In this document: positions 19,570-29,120 of the stretch, piece after piece
Position numbering within the stretch: position 1 is the first letter of the stretch
Layout of the letters: each line of letters opens with the position of its first letter
Assembly: GCA_046292385.1 (NCBI GenBank)
Contig: JBKBRF010000017.1
Location: forward strand, 61,360 to 125,359
Source of the DNA: Armatimonadota bacterium
GTDB taxonomy: Bacteria > Armatimonadota > SYMT01
DNA length: 64,000 nucleotides
Direction: 5' to 3'
Made by a program: the position numbers and the translations under genes
The notes under the pieces: model-generated
The model's database searches: none
Told to the model about the DNA's origin: nothing
What the model saw: the letters and a program-made list of their open reading frames with translations, nothing else

Positions 19570-20403
19570 ATGACGGAACGGGCACAGCCGGGGCAGCGAA
19601 GCACGACGGGGGCGGTGGCCGAGCGCCGGGAGGGGAGGGCTCTCCTCGCCGTGGCGTCGCTGCTGCTGCTCCTGCTGCTCGGGATACCGCTTTTCGCGCT
19701 GGTGCGGGCGGCGGCGCCTGCGGAGGTGGCGGCGCGCCTGGGCGATCCGCTGGTGCTCTCCGCGCTCCGGCTGAGCCTGGTCACCAGCGGGATCGCGACC
19801 CTGGTCTGCGTGCTGCTCGGCCTGCCGCTCGCCTACCTGCTGGCGCGGCACCGATTCCCCGGGGCGGCGGCGGTCGACACGCTGATCGACCTCCCGATGA
19901 CGATGCCGCCGGTGGTCGCCGGCGTGGCGCTCCTGCTCACCTTTGGCCGCGTCGGGCTCCTCGGCCGCCACCTGGAAGCGGCGGGGGTGCAGGTGGCGTT
20001 CTCCACCCTGGCGGTGGTGCTGGCGCAGACCTTCATGGCCGCGCCGTTCTTCGTCCGCGCCGCCCGCGCCGGCTTCGAAGCGGTGCCACTCTCGCTGGAG
20101 CAGGCGGCGATGACCCTGGGGCGCAACCGGTGGGGCGTCTTCTGGACCATCTCCGTCCCGCTCGCCGCACCGGCGCTCGGCGCCGGGGCGGTGCTCTGCT
20201 GGGCGCGCGCTCTGAGCGAGTTCGGCGCGACGATGATGTTCGCCGGCAACCGCCCCGAGGTCACCCAGACGCTGCCGCTCGCGGTGATGAGCGCCATGGA
20301 GACCAATCTGCAGCTCGCCATCACGATCTCGCTGCTCTCCCTGCTGCTGGCGTTCGGAGCGCTGGCGGGCGTGCGGCTGCTGGTGCGGCGGTGGGGCCGA
20401 TGA
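19570..20403 (+). CDS. modB: Molybdate ABC transporter permease
   Basis: DLPMTMPPVVAGVALL and WARALSEFGAT.MFAGN...TQTLPL motifs. Confidence 0.92.
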   Translation: MTERAQPGQRSTTGAVAERREGRALLAVASLLLLLLLGIPLFALVRAAAPAEVAARLGDPLVLSALRLSLVTSGIATLVCVLLGLPLAYLLARHRFPGAAAVDTLIDLPMTMPPVVAGVALLLTFGRVGLLGRHLEAAGVQVAFSTLAVVLAQTFMAAPFFVRAARAGFEAVPLSLEQAAMTLGRNRWGVFWTISVPLAAPALGAGAVLCWARALSEFGATMMFAGNRPEVTQTLPLAVMSAMETNLQLAITISLLSLLLAFGALAGVRLLVRRWGR

Positions 20404-21482
20404 ACGGGGGACTGGCGCTGGAGATCGGGCTCGCGCGTCCCGGCTTCGAGCTGGAGGTGGAGCTCACCGTCGAGCCGGGGGAGACGGTGGTGCTGGTCGG
20501 CCCCAGCGGCAGCGGCAAGACGACCACCCTCCGCGCCATCGCCGGGCTGGTGCGTCCGGACCGCGGCCGGATCACGATTGCGGGGCGGGCGGTGCTCGAC
20601 ACGGAGCGGCGGATCGACCTGCCCCCGTGGGAGCGGCGGGTCGGCTACGTCTTCCAGGACTACGCGCTCTTTCCGCACCTGACGGTGGAGCAGAACCTCC
20701 GGTACGGCCTCCGCTCCCGGGACGCGAATTCGGGCGACCGCGTCCGGGAGTGGCTGCAGGCCCTCGGGATCGCGGAGCTGGCGCACCGACGGCCGGACCG
20801 GCTTTCCGGCGGGCAGCAGCAGCGGGTCGCGCTCGCCCGCGCCGCCGTGAGCGACTCCGACCTGCTCCTCCTGGACGAGCCATTCGGCTCCCTCGACGCC
20901 GCCACCCGGCGCAGCGTGCGGAACGAGCTGCGGGACTACCTGCGCCGCGCCGCGCGGACCGCGCTGCTGGTGAGCCACGACTACCTCGACGCGCTCACGC
21001 TGGGCGACCGCATCGCGGTGCTGGAGGAGGGGCGGCTGGTGCAGGTCGGCTCCCGCGAGGAAGTGCTGCGCCGTCCCCGCACCCCGTTCCTGGCGGCGCT
21101 CACCGGGCACAACGTGCTGGAGGGCACCCTGCAGCCGCCGGCGCCCGGCGCCGAAGAGCGGGAGGCCGCCGCCGGGCCGCTCCGCTTCCACGTCGCTGGC
21201 GGCACCGAGCTGCCGGCGGGCCCCGTCTTCCTCGCCTTCGGGCCGCAGGAGGTCACCCTGCTGCGGGAGGCCCCCGGCGCCGCCTCGCTCTCCGCCCGCA
21301 ACCGCTTCCCCGCGACGGTGCGGGAGATCGTTCCGCTGCCGGACCGCCTGCGCGTCTACCTCGACGCCGGCCTGCCGCTCATGGCCGACGTGGTCCCCTC
21401 CGCCGCCGCGGAGCTCGGACTCCGCGAGGGCGCTCCGGTAACCGCCGCGATCAAGTCGACCGCCATCGAGGTCTACCGGTAA
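20400..21482 (+). CDS. modC: Molybdate ABC transporter ATP-binding protein with TOBE domain
   Basis: Walker A GPSGSGKT, LSGGQQQRVALARA, LLLDEP and C-terminal SARN/TOBE. Confidence 0.9.
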   Translation: MNGGLALEIGLARPGFELEVELTVEPGETVVLVGPSGSGKTTTLRAIAGLVRPDRGRITIAGRAVLDTERRIDLPPWERRVGYVFQDYALFPHLTVEQNLRYGLRSRDANSGDRVREWLQALGIAELAHRRPDRLSGGQQQRVALARAAVSDSDLLLLDEPFGSLDAATRRSVRNELRDYLRRAARTALLVSHDYLDALTLGDRIAVLEEGRLVQVGSREEVLRRPRTPFLAALTGHNVLEGTLQPPAPGAEEREAAAGPLRFHVAGGTELPAGPVFLAFGPQEVTLLREAPGAASLSARNRFPATVREIVPLPDRLRVYLDAGLPLMADVVPSAAAELGLREGAPVTAAIKSTAIEVYR

Positions 21483-21488
21483 CGATAA

Positions 21489-21589
21489 GCTCGACCCGTG
21501 GCGTTCGGAGGCGGAGCCGGAGAACGCCCCTTGTGACCGCCCCTGGGCGCAGGGACGGTAGCTCGACCGACCAGGGCTCGGGGTCGGGC
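21489..21589 (+). repeat. Short variant of the dispersed structured element (5' module only)
   Basis: Stem-flanked GGAGGCGGAGCCGGA, then CTTGTGA, a hairpin with ggcgc loop and gctcga.cg, matching the 5' part of 36930-37190. Confidence 0.6.
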
Positions 21590-21626
21590 CCACGGAGCCA
21601 ACGCTGCCGGGCGGACTGAAAACGCG

Positions 21627-21660
21627 AAGGGGGAGCGGCCTCGAAAGACCGCTCCCCCTT
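21627..21660. terminator. Bidirectional terminator-like hairpin
   Basis: aagggggagcgg pairs with ccgctccccctt between convergent genes. Confidence 0.7.
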
Positions 21661-21686
21661 CCGATCCAACCTCACTCAACGGCCGA

Positions 21687-23198
21687 TTACTTGAATCCGA
21701 TCAGCACCGGAAGCTGGTTGGAGACGAGGGTGTTGTTGTGCTCCTCGCTCTCCGCGATCTGGTTGCTGTGGTCCACAATCGCAAAGACGTACTTGCCCTG
21801 CACCACCTGGTAGAGCTCCGCCGAGAGCTTCCCGATCTTCAGCTTCACGGTGTCCGACTTCTTCCCGTTTAGCGCCGGAACGGTCGCCTGCACCACCCGC
21901 TTGCCGATCGCGAGCGGCAGGTCGTCTTCGCTCAGGGTGGCGTCGCTGGAGAGCACGAAGGCCACCTTCGCCGCCTTGGTCTTGCCCTTGCCGAGGTTGC
22001 TCACCTTCAGCACGCCGCTCAGAGCGTACTTCGTCCTGCGCGCCTTGCCCTCTTTCTTCACCTTCAGCTTGAACTGCGTGGGGTGCAGGTCCGCCAGGCT
22101 GCCGCCGCCGTCCCCGCCGCCGGGAGTGAGAATGTAGGAGCTGTAGTCGATTCCGTCCCACGCCTGCGTCGCGATCTGGCCTGCGTTGTTGATGTCGGTG
22201 GCGGAGATGATGAAGTCGTGGCCGCGGCGGCCCAGCACGTTCTTCAGGGAGACCATCTGCCCGTTCTCCCAGAGGAACGGTACATAGTTGGAGTTCCCGA
22301 CTACCTGTCCGCGGTTATTGATCGCGAACGCGGCCGTGCCGCGAAGATACTGGTTCTCCGCCGGCAGGTTGCCGAGGTCCGTGATCGTGCCGTTCCGGTA
22401 GAGGAACGCGCGGTTCTCCCCGTGCGCCGTGCCCACGTCCGGGAGGGACGCCATGCCGACCACGTCGCCGGAGTCGTTGATGTCCGTCGCGTAGTGGCCG
22501 TTCGTACCGCCGAAGCCCGGCAGGGCGATCGGCACGCTGCTTCCTGCCTCCCAGAGCGCCGCGAATTCGTTGTACTCCTCGCCGTAGGTGGTGCCGACGA
22601 TCTGTCCGTGGCTGTTGATGGCTCGCGCGATGCCCGGGCCGAGGTCGCGCAGGCCGGTCGCCTCATTCCAGGCGACGGCGTGCGAATCGGACTGGCCCAC
22701 CACGGTCCGGTCGTCCGAGATGCCGAAGGCCGCACTGAAGTACTCGGAGCTGAAGCTCTCCCCCAGGTCGACGAGCTGCTGCTCCGCAGCCTTCCAGAGG
22801 AACGCGTGGTAGGTCTCGTCCTCGCCGACCGCGCGCTGGGCCTCGCCCACCACGTCGCCCTGGCTGTTGATCCCGTAAGCCCGACCGTGGGTGCCTTCCG
22901 GGCCGAGGGTCGGCAGGATCGTCATCTTGATCTCGGCGCGGGGATCGTAGACGAACGGCCGGGTCACGCCCTCGTCCTGCAGCTCTCCGACGGCGACGCC
23001 GTTCTCGTTGATCGCGCTGACGAAGAGATATCCCGGCCAGGCGATCTTCTCGCCGGTAAAACTGAGCGCCGCCGCCTGAACGGAGGCGGAGGCGGAGCGG
23101 ACCGCCAGCAGGCCGGCGGAGCCGGTGCAGAGGAGCGCGAGGGAAGCGGAAAGCACGCCCGCAAACCGGCGCGAGCGGAGACCAATCAGAGGGCTCAA
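21687..23198 (-). CDS. Secreted HAF-repeat (DUF3466-like) protein with C-terminal CARDB-like domain
   Basis: Repeated A.GIN..G.VVG and HAFLW/RAFLY units, plus C-terminal VDHSNQIAESEEHNN. TTG start. Confidence 0.85.
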   Translation of the reverse strand: MSPLIGLRSRRFAGVLSASLALLCTGSAGLLAVRSASASVQAAALSFTGEKIAWPGYLFVSAINENGVAVGELQDEGVTRPFVYDPRAEIKMTILPTLGPEGTHGRAYGINSQGDVVGEAQRAVGEDETYHAFLWKAAEQQLVDLGESFSSEYFSAAFGISDDRTVVGQSDSHAVAWNEATGLRDLGPGIARAINSHGQIVGTTYGEEYNEFAALWEAGSSVPIALPGFGGTNGHYATDINDSGDVVGMASLPDVGTAHGENRAFLYRNGTITDLGNLPAENQYLRGTAAFAINNRGQVVGNSNYVPFLWENGQMVSLKNVLGRRGHDFIISATDINNAGQIATQAWDGIDYSSYILTPGGGDGGGSLADLHPTQFKLKVKKEGKARRTKYALSGVLKVSNLGKGKTKAAKVAFVLSSDATLSEDDLPLAIGKRVVQATVPALNGKKSDTVKLKIGKLSAELYQVVQGKYVFAIVDHSNQIAESEEHNNTLVSNQLPVLIGFK

Positions 23199-23558
23199 GG
23201 GGAACTCCTGGTGAAAGAGCGCCTCCGTGGGGCTGCGGAGAAGAGGCGCTTGCGGGGGGAACTGGCTGTCGCCAGCATGATAGCTCTCAGAGCCACCCTA
23301 TAGGATATTGGCTTCTATCCGCACTCAATGCAGCAATTCCAGCGGAGTTCTTTCGCTCGGCGGACGAGCTGGCGCCGCTGCGGAATGACGCGTAGACACC
23401 AGCGCGAAGTTCGGTATCCTTCCCAAAAGGCGCGGCCGCCGGCACCTGTCTCCGCGGCCGGGCCCGCCCCGCGAAGAGAACCGAGCGCAGGAGACTGGCT
23501 GAGCGGAAGCGGCAGCGCGCTGAGATCCGGTGGGACCGCGATGCGAAGGGAGGTTCCC

Positions 23559-24245
23559 ATGGAGACCACGCGGCGGCAGGTGTTGACGGCGGCAGCCGGA
23601 CTGGGGCTGGCGCTCTCCGGGATGAGCGGAGCAGCGGAGGAGAAGGGGATGGAGGAAATCCCGGCCACCGAGGACCTGATGCGGGAGCACGGGGTCCTGG
23701 ACCGGGTGCTCCTGATCTACGAGGAGGGAATCCGGCGCATCCGGAGCCGGGAGGAAGTGGCGCCGGAACTGTTCACGCACACGGCGCAGCTCGTGCGGAA
23801 GTTCGTCGAGGATTACCACGAGAAGCTGGAAGAGCAGTTCATCTTCCCGGCCTTCCGGAACGCGAACCGGCACACGGACCTCGTGACCACCCTCAAACGG
23901 CAGCACGAGGCGGGGCGGGCGGTCACCGACGCGATACTGCGGCTGGCAGCCCCCGACCGGTTCCGCAGCCGGGAGGAGCGCGGCAGGCTCGCGGACGCGG
24001 CGGCGTCGTTCATCCGGATGTACCGTCCCCACTCCGCACGGGAGGACACAGTGCTCTTTCCGGCTCTGCGGGAGATCCTCACCGCGAAGCAGATCGACGA
24101 GCTGGGCGAGCAGTTCGAAGAGCAGGAGCACAAGCTTTTCGGCGAGGAGGGCTTCGAGAAGACCGTGTCGGCGGTGGCCGGGATCGAGCGGCAGCTCGGC
24201 ATCTACGATCTCGACCAGTTCACGCCGCGTCCACCGTGCTCCTGA
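23559..24245 (+). CDS. Hemerythrin/HHE domain protein with Tat-type signal
   Basis: TRRQVL signal; LMREH, DYHEKLEE, QHEAGR and PHSAREDTVLFP motifs. Confidence 0.88.
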   Translation: METTRRQVLTAAAGLGLALSGMSGAAEEKGMEEIPATEDLMREHGVLDRVLLIYEEGIRRIRSREEVAPELFTHTAQLVRKFVEDYHEKLEEQFIFPAFRNANRHTDLVTTLKRQHEAGRAVTDAILRLAAPDRFRSREERGRLADAAASFIRMYRPHSAREDTVLFPALREILTAKQIDELGEQFEEQEHKLFGEEGFEKTVSAVAGIERQLGIYDLDQFTPRPPCS

Positions 24246-24412
24246 GCTCGCTGCACGGGCGAGAGCCGGTCGGTCCCGACCAGACCGGAGGCCGCCGCCG
24301 CGGGATGCGGCCTCCGGTCTTACTCTTCCTCTTCCACCACTACAGGAGGATTCCGCCGGGCGGCGAACCGGGGCATGGTAGTGCCGGTATCCGCGCGCAG
24401 AAGGAGGAGGCC

Positions 24413-25279
24413 ATGGACCAGCGAATCATCGATCTCTACGACGAGTACACCCACGTGCCTCTCGACCGGAGGGTGTTCCTGGAGCGGCTGACCCGGCTCA
24501 CCGGCAGCGCGGCCGCGGCGCTGGCCCTGGTGCCGCTCCTGGAGGCGAGACAGGCGAGCGCCGCGATCGTTCCGGCGGATGACGCGAGGTTGGAGACGTC
24601 GCGGATCACCTACCCGGGAGAGACGGGCGAGATCAAGGGCTACCTGGCGCGGCCGAAGGGCGCGGGGAAGCTGCCGGCGGTAATCGTAATCCACGAAAAC
24701 CGGGGGCTGAACGCGCACATCGAGGACGTGGCCCGGCGCATGGCCCTGGAGGGCTTCCTGGCGCTGGCGCCCGACATGCTCTCCCCGCTCGGCGGCACGC
24801 CCGCGGACGAGGATGCGGCCCGCCAGATGTTCGGAAGGCTGGACGCGGGACAGACGGTGCAGAACCTGATCCGGGCCGTCGCGTTCCTGGAGAAGCACCC
24901 GCAGGCTAACGGCAGGGTGGGCGCCGTCGGGTTCTGCTGGGGCGGCGGGATGGTCGGCGAGCTGGCAGTCGCCTCACCCGCTCTCGACGCCGGCGTGGTC
25001 TACTACGGACGGCAGCCGCGCGCCGAGGACGTGCCGAAGATCCAGGCGCCGCTGCTGCTCCACTACGCAGGGCTGGACACCCGGATCAACGCCGGCATCC
25101 CCGCCTTCGAAGAGGCGCTGAAGGCCGCGAATAAGAAGTACACGCTCCACGTCTACGAAGGCGCGAACCACGCGTTCAACAACGATACCTCGGAGGCCCG
25201 CTACAACAAGCAGGTCGCGGACCAGGCGTGGGCGCGGACGGTCGCCTTCTTCAAGGAGCACCTGAAGGCCGCGGACTGA
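24413..25279 (+). CDS. Dienelactone hydrolase family protein (YghX-like)
   Basis: LYDEYTH..LDRR.FL, IHENRGLN.HIEDVARR, GFCWGG and HAFNNDT motifs. Strong RBS. Confidence 0.92.
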   Translation: MDQRIIDLYDEYTHVPLDRRVFLERLTRLTGSAAAALALVPLLEARQASAAIVPADDARLETSRITYPGETGEIKGYLARPKGAGKLPAVIVIHENRGLNAHIEDVARRMALEGFLALAPDMLSPLGGTPADEDAARQMFGRLDAGQTVQNLIRAVAFLEKHPQANGRVGAVGFCWGGGMVGELAVASPALDAGVVYYGRQPRAEDVPKIQAPLLLHYAGLDTRINAGIPAFEEALKAANKKYTLHVYEGANHAFNNDTSEARYNKQVADQAWARTVAFFKEHLKAAD

Positions 25280-25340
25280 GTGGGTGAGTGGGGGAATGGG
25301 AGAGTGGGGGAAAGCGCTCTCTCACTCCTCCTCTCTCACC

Positions 25341-27245
25341 TCAGCGTGGCTTCCTGGGTGGGAGCGCGAACGCGACGTAAGCGTCTCCCGAGGGGGTCTG
25401 CAGCTTGCCGCCGCCGCCCGCGGCTATAACGACGTACTGCCGGTCGTCCACCTCGTAAGTGCACGGCGTGGCGTACCCGGCGAACGGCAGCGGGTGCTCC
25501 CAGAGCAGCTCGCCGCTCTCCTTGTCGAACGCGCGGATCTTCTCGTCCCGCGTACCGGCCACGAAGACGAGCCCGCCTGCCGTTACGATGCTGCCCCCGA
25601 GGTTTTCGGTCCCGGTGGGCGGCAGGCCCCGCGCGCGCAGCTCCGGGTACTCTCCCAGCGCCTGCTGCCAGGCGTGCTCGCCGCGTCCGAGGTCGATCGC
25701 GGTGAGCCGGCCCCACGGCGGCTTCACGGCGGGGTAGCCCTCGTGATCGACGAAGCGGGCGTAGCCGGTGTTCCGGTAGGGGTCCTTAGAACCGGGCGCC
25801 GACGCCTCCAGCGCGTGCTCCCGAGGGATGTCGTTGGAATTTACGTAGAGCCGGCCGGAGGTCGGATCGAATGAGGCCCCCGCCCAGCTCGCGCCGCCGT
25901 GGAAGCCAGGCATGCGGACCGTCGGCATGGTGCCGGTCGGCGTGAAGATTGGGCCGAAGCGCATCTCCTTCAGCCGCTCCAGCACGCGGCGCCGCGCTTC
26001 CGGGGTGCGGTCGGTCACGTCCGCCTCCGTAAACCCCTGGCGGGCGAACGGCGGAGGCTTGAGCGGGAACGGCTGCGCCGGCGCGGAGTGCTCGCCCGGA
26101 AGATCGGACTTCGGCACCGCGCGCTCCTCCATGCCGAAGAGCGGCTTGCCGGTGCGGCGGTCCAGCACCCAGCAGTGGCCGGTCTTCGTCACCTGTGCCA
26201 CCGCCTCCACGTCGCGGCCGTTGATCCGGACGGTGCAGACGACCGGCGGGCACGGGTTGTCGTAGTCCCACAGGTCGTGCCGCACCACCTGGAAGTGCCA
26301 GACCCGCTTTCCGGTCTCCCCGTCCAGCGCGAGGACGCAGTTCCCGAAGAGGTTGTCGCCCTTGCGGTCTCCGCCGTAGAAGTCGAACGCGGGGGAGCCG
26401 GTGGCGACAAAGACGAGTCCGTTCTTCGTGTCGACGCTCGCCCCGCTCCAGGCGTTGCAGCCGCCGCGCTCCTTCCAGTCGTCCCCCTGCCACGTCTCGT
26501 GACCCGGCTCCCCCGGCCGGGGAACGGTGTGGAACCGCCACCGCTCCCGGCCGGTGCGGACATCGAATGCCCGCACGTCGCCCGGGGCGCCCGGCCGCGG
26601 CCCCTCGCCGTTGCTGAAGCCGAGGATCGCGAGATCGCCGTAGATCGCCGGAGCGGAGGTGCAGCCGTACGGCAGCTTGCTGATGTCTCGCTCCAGCCCG
26701 TCGCGGAGATCGACCACGCCCCCGCGGCCGAAGCGCGGATCGAGCCGGCCGGTGCGGGCGTCGACCGAGAGCAGGCGTCCGTCCGCCGTGGCGTAGAGCA
26801 CGCGGCGGCTCCGGCCGTCGGTCCAGTACGCCACGCCCCGGTTCACCCCTCCGGAGGCGAGGAGCGGGCTGCGGGGCTCGAGCTGGAACGGATCGAGCTT
26901 CCACCGCTCCTCGCCGGTCGCCGCGTCGAGCGCCACCAGCTTCGGCTTCGGGCTGCAGGTGGTGGCGTAGAGCGTGCCGTCGACCACCACCGGAGTGCAC
27001 TCGATGTTGGTCCACTTCGGCGGATCGGCGTCCCCCGTGCGGTAGACCCACGCCACCTGGAGACGGTCGACGCTGCGGCGGTCGATCTGGTCGAGACGGG
27101 AGTAGCGCGTCCCCTCCTGGTCGCCGTTCACCGCGAGCCAGTCCGCCCGCGTCCCCACGTGGGACGGCAGCCGCGCCGAGGCGGTGGAGAGCAGCCCGGC
27201 AGAGAGCGTCAGCAGCGGAAGCGAGAGCAGGAGACGGCGGCGCAT
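25341..27245 (-). CDS. PQQ-dependent glucose/quinate-type dehydrogenase
   Basis: RYSRLDQI, WRFHTVP, GDNLF, WHFQVVRHDLWDYD, KPPWG and GGSIVTAGGLVF motifs. Confidence 0.92.
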   Translation of the reverse strand: MRRRLLLSLPLLTLSAGLLSTASARLPSHVGTRADWLAVNGDQEGTRYSRLDQIDRRSVDRLQVAWVYRTGDADPPKWTNIECTPVVVDGTLYATTCSPKPKLVALDAATGEERWKLDPFQLEPRSPLLASGGVNRGVAYWTDGRSRRVLYATADGRLLSVDARTGRLDPRFGRGGVVDLRDGLERDISKLPYGCTSAPAIYGDLAILGFSNGEGPRPGAPGDVRAFDVRTGRERWRFHTVPRPGEPGHETWQGDDWKERGGCNAWSGASVDTKNGLVFVATGSPAFDFYGGDRKGDNLFGNCVLALDGETGKRVWHFQVVRHDLWDYDNPCPPVVCTVRINGRDVEAVAQVTKTGHCWVLDRRTGKPLFGMEERAVPKSDLPGEHSAPAQPFPLKPPPFARQGFTEADVTDRTPEARRRVLERLKEMRFGPIFTPTGTMPTVRMPGFHGGASWAGASFDPTSGRLYVNSNDIPREHALEASAPGSKDPYRNTGYARFVDHEGYPAVKPPWGRLTAIDLGRGEHAWQQALGEYPELRARGLPPTGTENLGGSIVTAGGLVFVAGTRDEKIRAFDKESGELLWEHPLPFAGYATPCTYEVDDRQYVVIAAGGGGKLQTPSGDAYVAFALPPRKPR

Positions 27246-27559
27246 GGCTGGGCTCCCTGAAGGCAAGAGCGGCGGAGAGGGGGCACCGGGATGCGGGGCA
27301 CGGACCCTCCGCCGCCAGGCCTGCTTCCGGAAACGCACGGACCGCGGCGGTAGGGGAGAGCCAGGAGTTGCTTCGACGGGATGCGGACCGGCTCCTCGTG
27401 CGCTTCCCCGCTTGGATCGGCGGAGCTGGGAAGCGCCGGATGAGCGGGTCACAGGACGCTGCGCCGCGCCACCGCTTGAGGAGCGCCGCTCCCGGGAACA
27501 ACCTCGCAGCAGAGATCGGGGCTAAATCTCCGTCAGACCGGGATCGACGGGTGGAGATG

Positions 27560-27666
27560 GCAAGGGAGAGTGGGCGAGAGGGCGAGCTTGAGAAGCTGCT
27601 CCCGGGAGCGAGTCTCCCACTCTCCCGCTCTCCCTTGCTCCCACTCAATCCCGAAAGAAGTAGCCG
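27560..27666 (+). repeat. GGGAGAGT/ACTCTCCC-armed palindromic repeat ending CCGAAAGAAGTAG (copy 1)
   Basis: Similar to 37435-37538. A reverse partial copy lies at 36787-36823. Confidence 0.7.
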
Positions 27667-27694
27667 GACACACCAGTAGGAATGAGGAGCAGAG

Positions 27695-28567
27695 ATGAAC
27701 CTGGGGAGCGCGCGATCGTCGGGTGGACAGTGGCCGGGAGGCCGGATGGGGGAGGCCGCGGCGGAGGCGGCGCCGTGGGTCGAGACGCTTGCGCGGGCCG
27801 GCTTCGCGGCGAAGGGCCTGGTCTACGCGCTGGTCGGCTATCTCGCGCTGCAGGCGGCGATCGGCAGCGGCGGGAAGACCACCGACTCCTCCGGCGCGCT
27901 CCGAACGCTCCTGACGCAGCCGTTCGGGCAGATCTTGCTCGGCGTGGTGGCGGTGGGACTCTTCGGCTACGCGCTCTGGCGCCTGGTGCAGGCGTTCTGC
28001 GACCCATCCGGCAAAGAGGCGGACGCCAAGCGGATCGCCAAGCGGATCGGCTACGCCGCCAGCGGCATCGCCTACGGCGCGCTGGGAGTGGCCGCGGTGC
28101 AGATGGCGGTCGGGCTCGGCGGCGGCAGCTCCCGCGGCGGGGGCGACGGCGCCGCGCAGGACTGGACCGCCCGCTTCCTGGCGCAGCCGTTCGGACCGTG
28201 GCTGGTGGGGCTGGCGGGCCTCTTCATCATCGGGCTCGGAATCAACTTCCTCTACATCGCCTGGAGCTGCGCGTTCGAGAAGAAGCTGGCGCTGGGAGAG
28301 ATGAGCGACAGCGCGCGGAAGTGGACCCTGCTGGCCGGGCGCGCCGGGCACGCCGCCCGGGGAGTGGTCTTCCTGCTGATCGGCGCGTTCCTGATCCAGG
28401 CGGCGCGGCAGTCCGACCCGAAAGAGGCGCACGGCCTCTCCGGCGCGCTCCACACGCTGGGGCAGCAGAGCTACGGGCCGTGGCTGCTCGGGATCGTCGC
28501 CGCGGGGCTGATCGGCTACGGGCTCTTCATGCTCTTCTCCGCCCGCTACCGCAAAGTCTGGGCGTAG
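27695..28567 (+). CDS. DUF1206 domain membrane protein
   Basis: LARAGFAAKGLVY, three ..QPFG..LL repeats, and GRAGHAARGVVF. Confidence 0.9.
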   Translation: MNLGSARSSGGQWPGGRMGEAAAEAAPWVETLARAGFAAKGLVYALVGYLALQAAIGSGGKTTDSSGALRTLLTQPFGQILLGVVAVGLFGYALWRLVQAFCDPSGKEADAKRIAKRIGYAASGIAYGALGVAAVQMAVGLGGGSSRGGGDGAAQDWTARFLAQPFGPWLVGLAGLFIIGLGINFLYIAWSCAFEKKLALGEMSDSARKWTLLAGRAGHAARGVVFLLIGAFLIQAARQSDPKEAHGLSGALHTLGQQSYGPWLLGIVAAGLIGYGLFMLFSARYRKVWA

Positions 28568-28597
28568 CCGGAAGCTGCCTGGGCGCCGGGGCCATGC

Positions 28598-28792
28598 TCA
28601 GCGGCACCGGCGCCTAACGACGTCCAGGATGCCGCTGGAGACGCAGTAGAGAAGGAACCACCACAGGCGCTCCTCGGGTGGCCGGAAGAACACCATCGCG
28701 AGCATGCCCCATGCTGCTGCGATGCCCGCGGCCAGAATCAGAACGCACTGAAGCCACGAGCAGAGCTTGAAGAACCGCATCGACCGATTCAC
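28598..28792 (-). CDS. Small hypothetical membrane protein
   Basis: Two hydrophobic segments. Start uncertain (GTG 28792 or ATG 28780). Confidence 0.4.
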   Translation of the reverse strand: MNRSMRFFKLCSWLQCVLILAAGIAAAWGMLAMVFFRPPEERLWWFLLYCVSSGILDVVRRRCR

Positions 28793-28874
28793 GGGTCCAC
28801 CCCCGGCGTGCGCGCGGTGCAACTCTGACCTGCGAGGCGGTTCGCCGGGTTGGGCGGCGAATCCTCGGAGGCGG

Positions 28875-28922
28875 GCGACTGAAGTCGCGGCAACAAAGGC
28901 ACGAAGTCCCCCTCCGGGGACT
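28875..28922. repeat. REP-like double hairpin
   Basis: gcgac-tgaa-gtcgc, a spacer, then cga-agtcccc-ctcc-ggggact. Same layout as 39183-39231. Confidence 0.65.
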
Positions 28923-29116
28923 CACTCGGTCTCTTCTGCCCTCGCCTCCAATTCCCGGTGCAGCTCCTGGAGCATCTGGTTCAGGTATTCTTCGCCATCG
29001 CAGAGCTCTCCGCGATTGGCGCAATCTATTCCCACCTGGATCTCGCGGCGCAGGGCCTCAAGCGTAGACTCATCGGCGTGGTTCTGCTGCATCAGCGGTT
29101 CCTCTCGCGCACTCAT
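28922..29116 (-). CDS. Small acidic protein resembling the C-terminal half of ParD-type antitoxins
   Basis: LEALRREIQVGIDCANRGELCDGEE motif. No N-terminal RHH domain and no adjacent toxin. Confidence 0.5.
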   Translation of the reverse strand: MSAREEPLMQQNHADESTLEALRREIQVGIDCANRGELCDGEEYLNQMLQELHRELEARAEETE

Positions 29117-29120
29117 TGCT

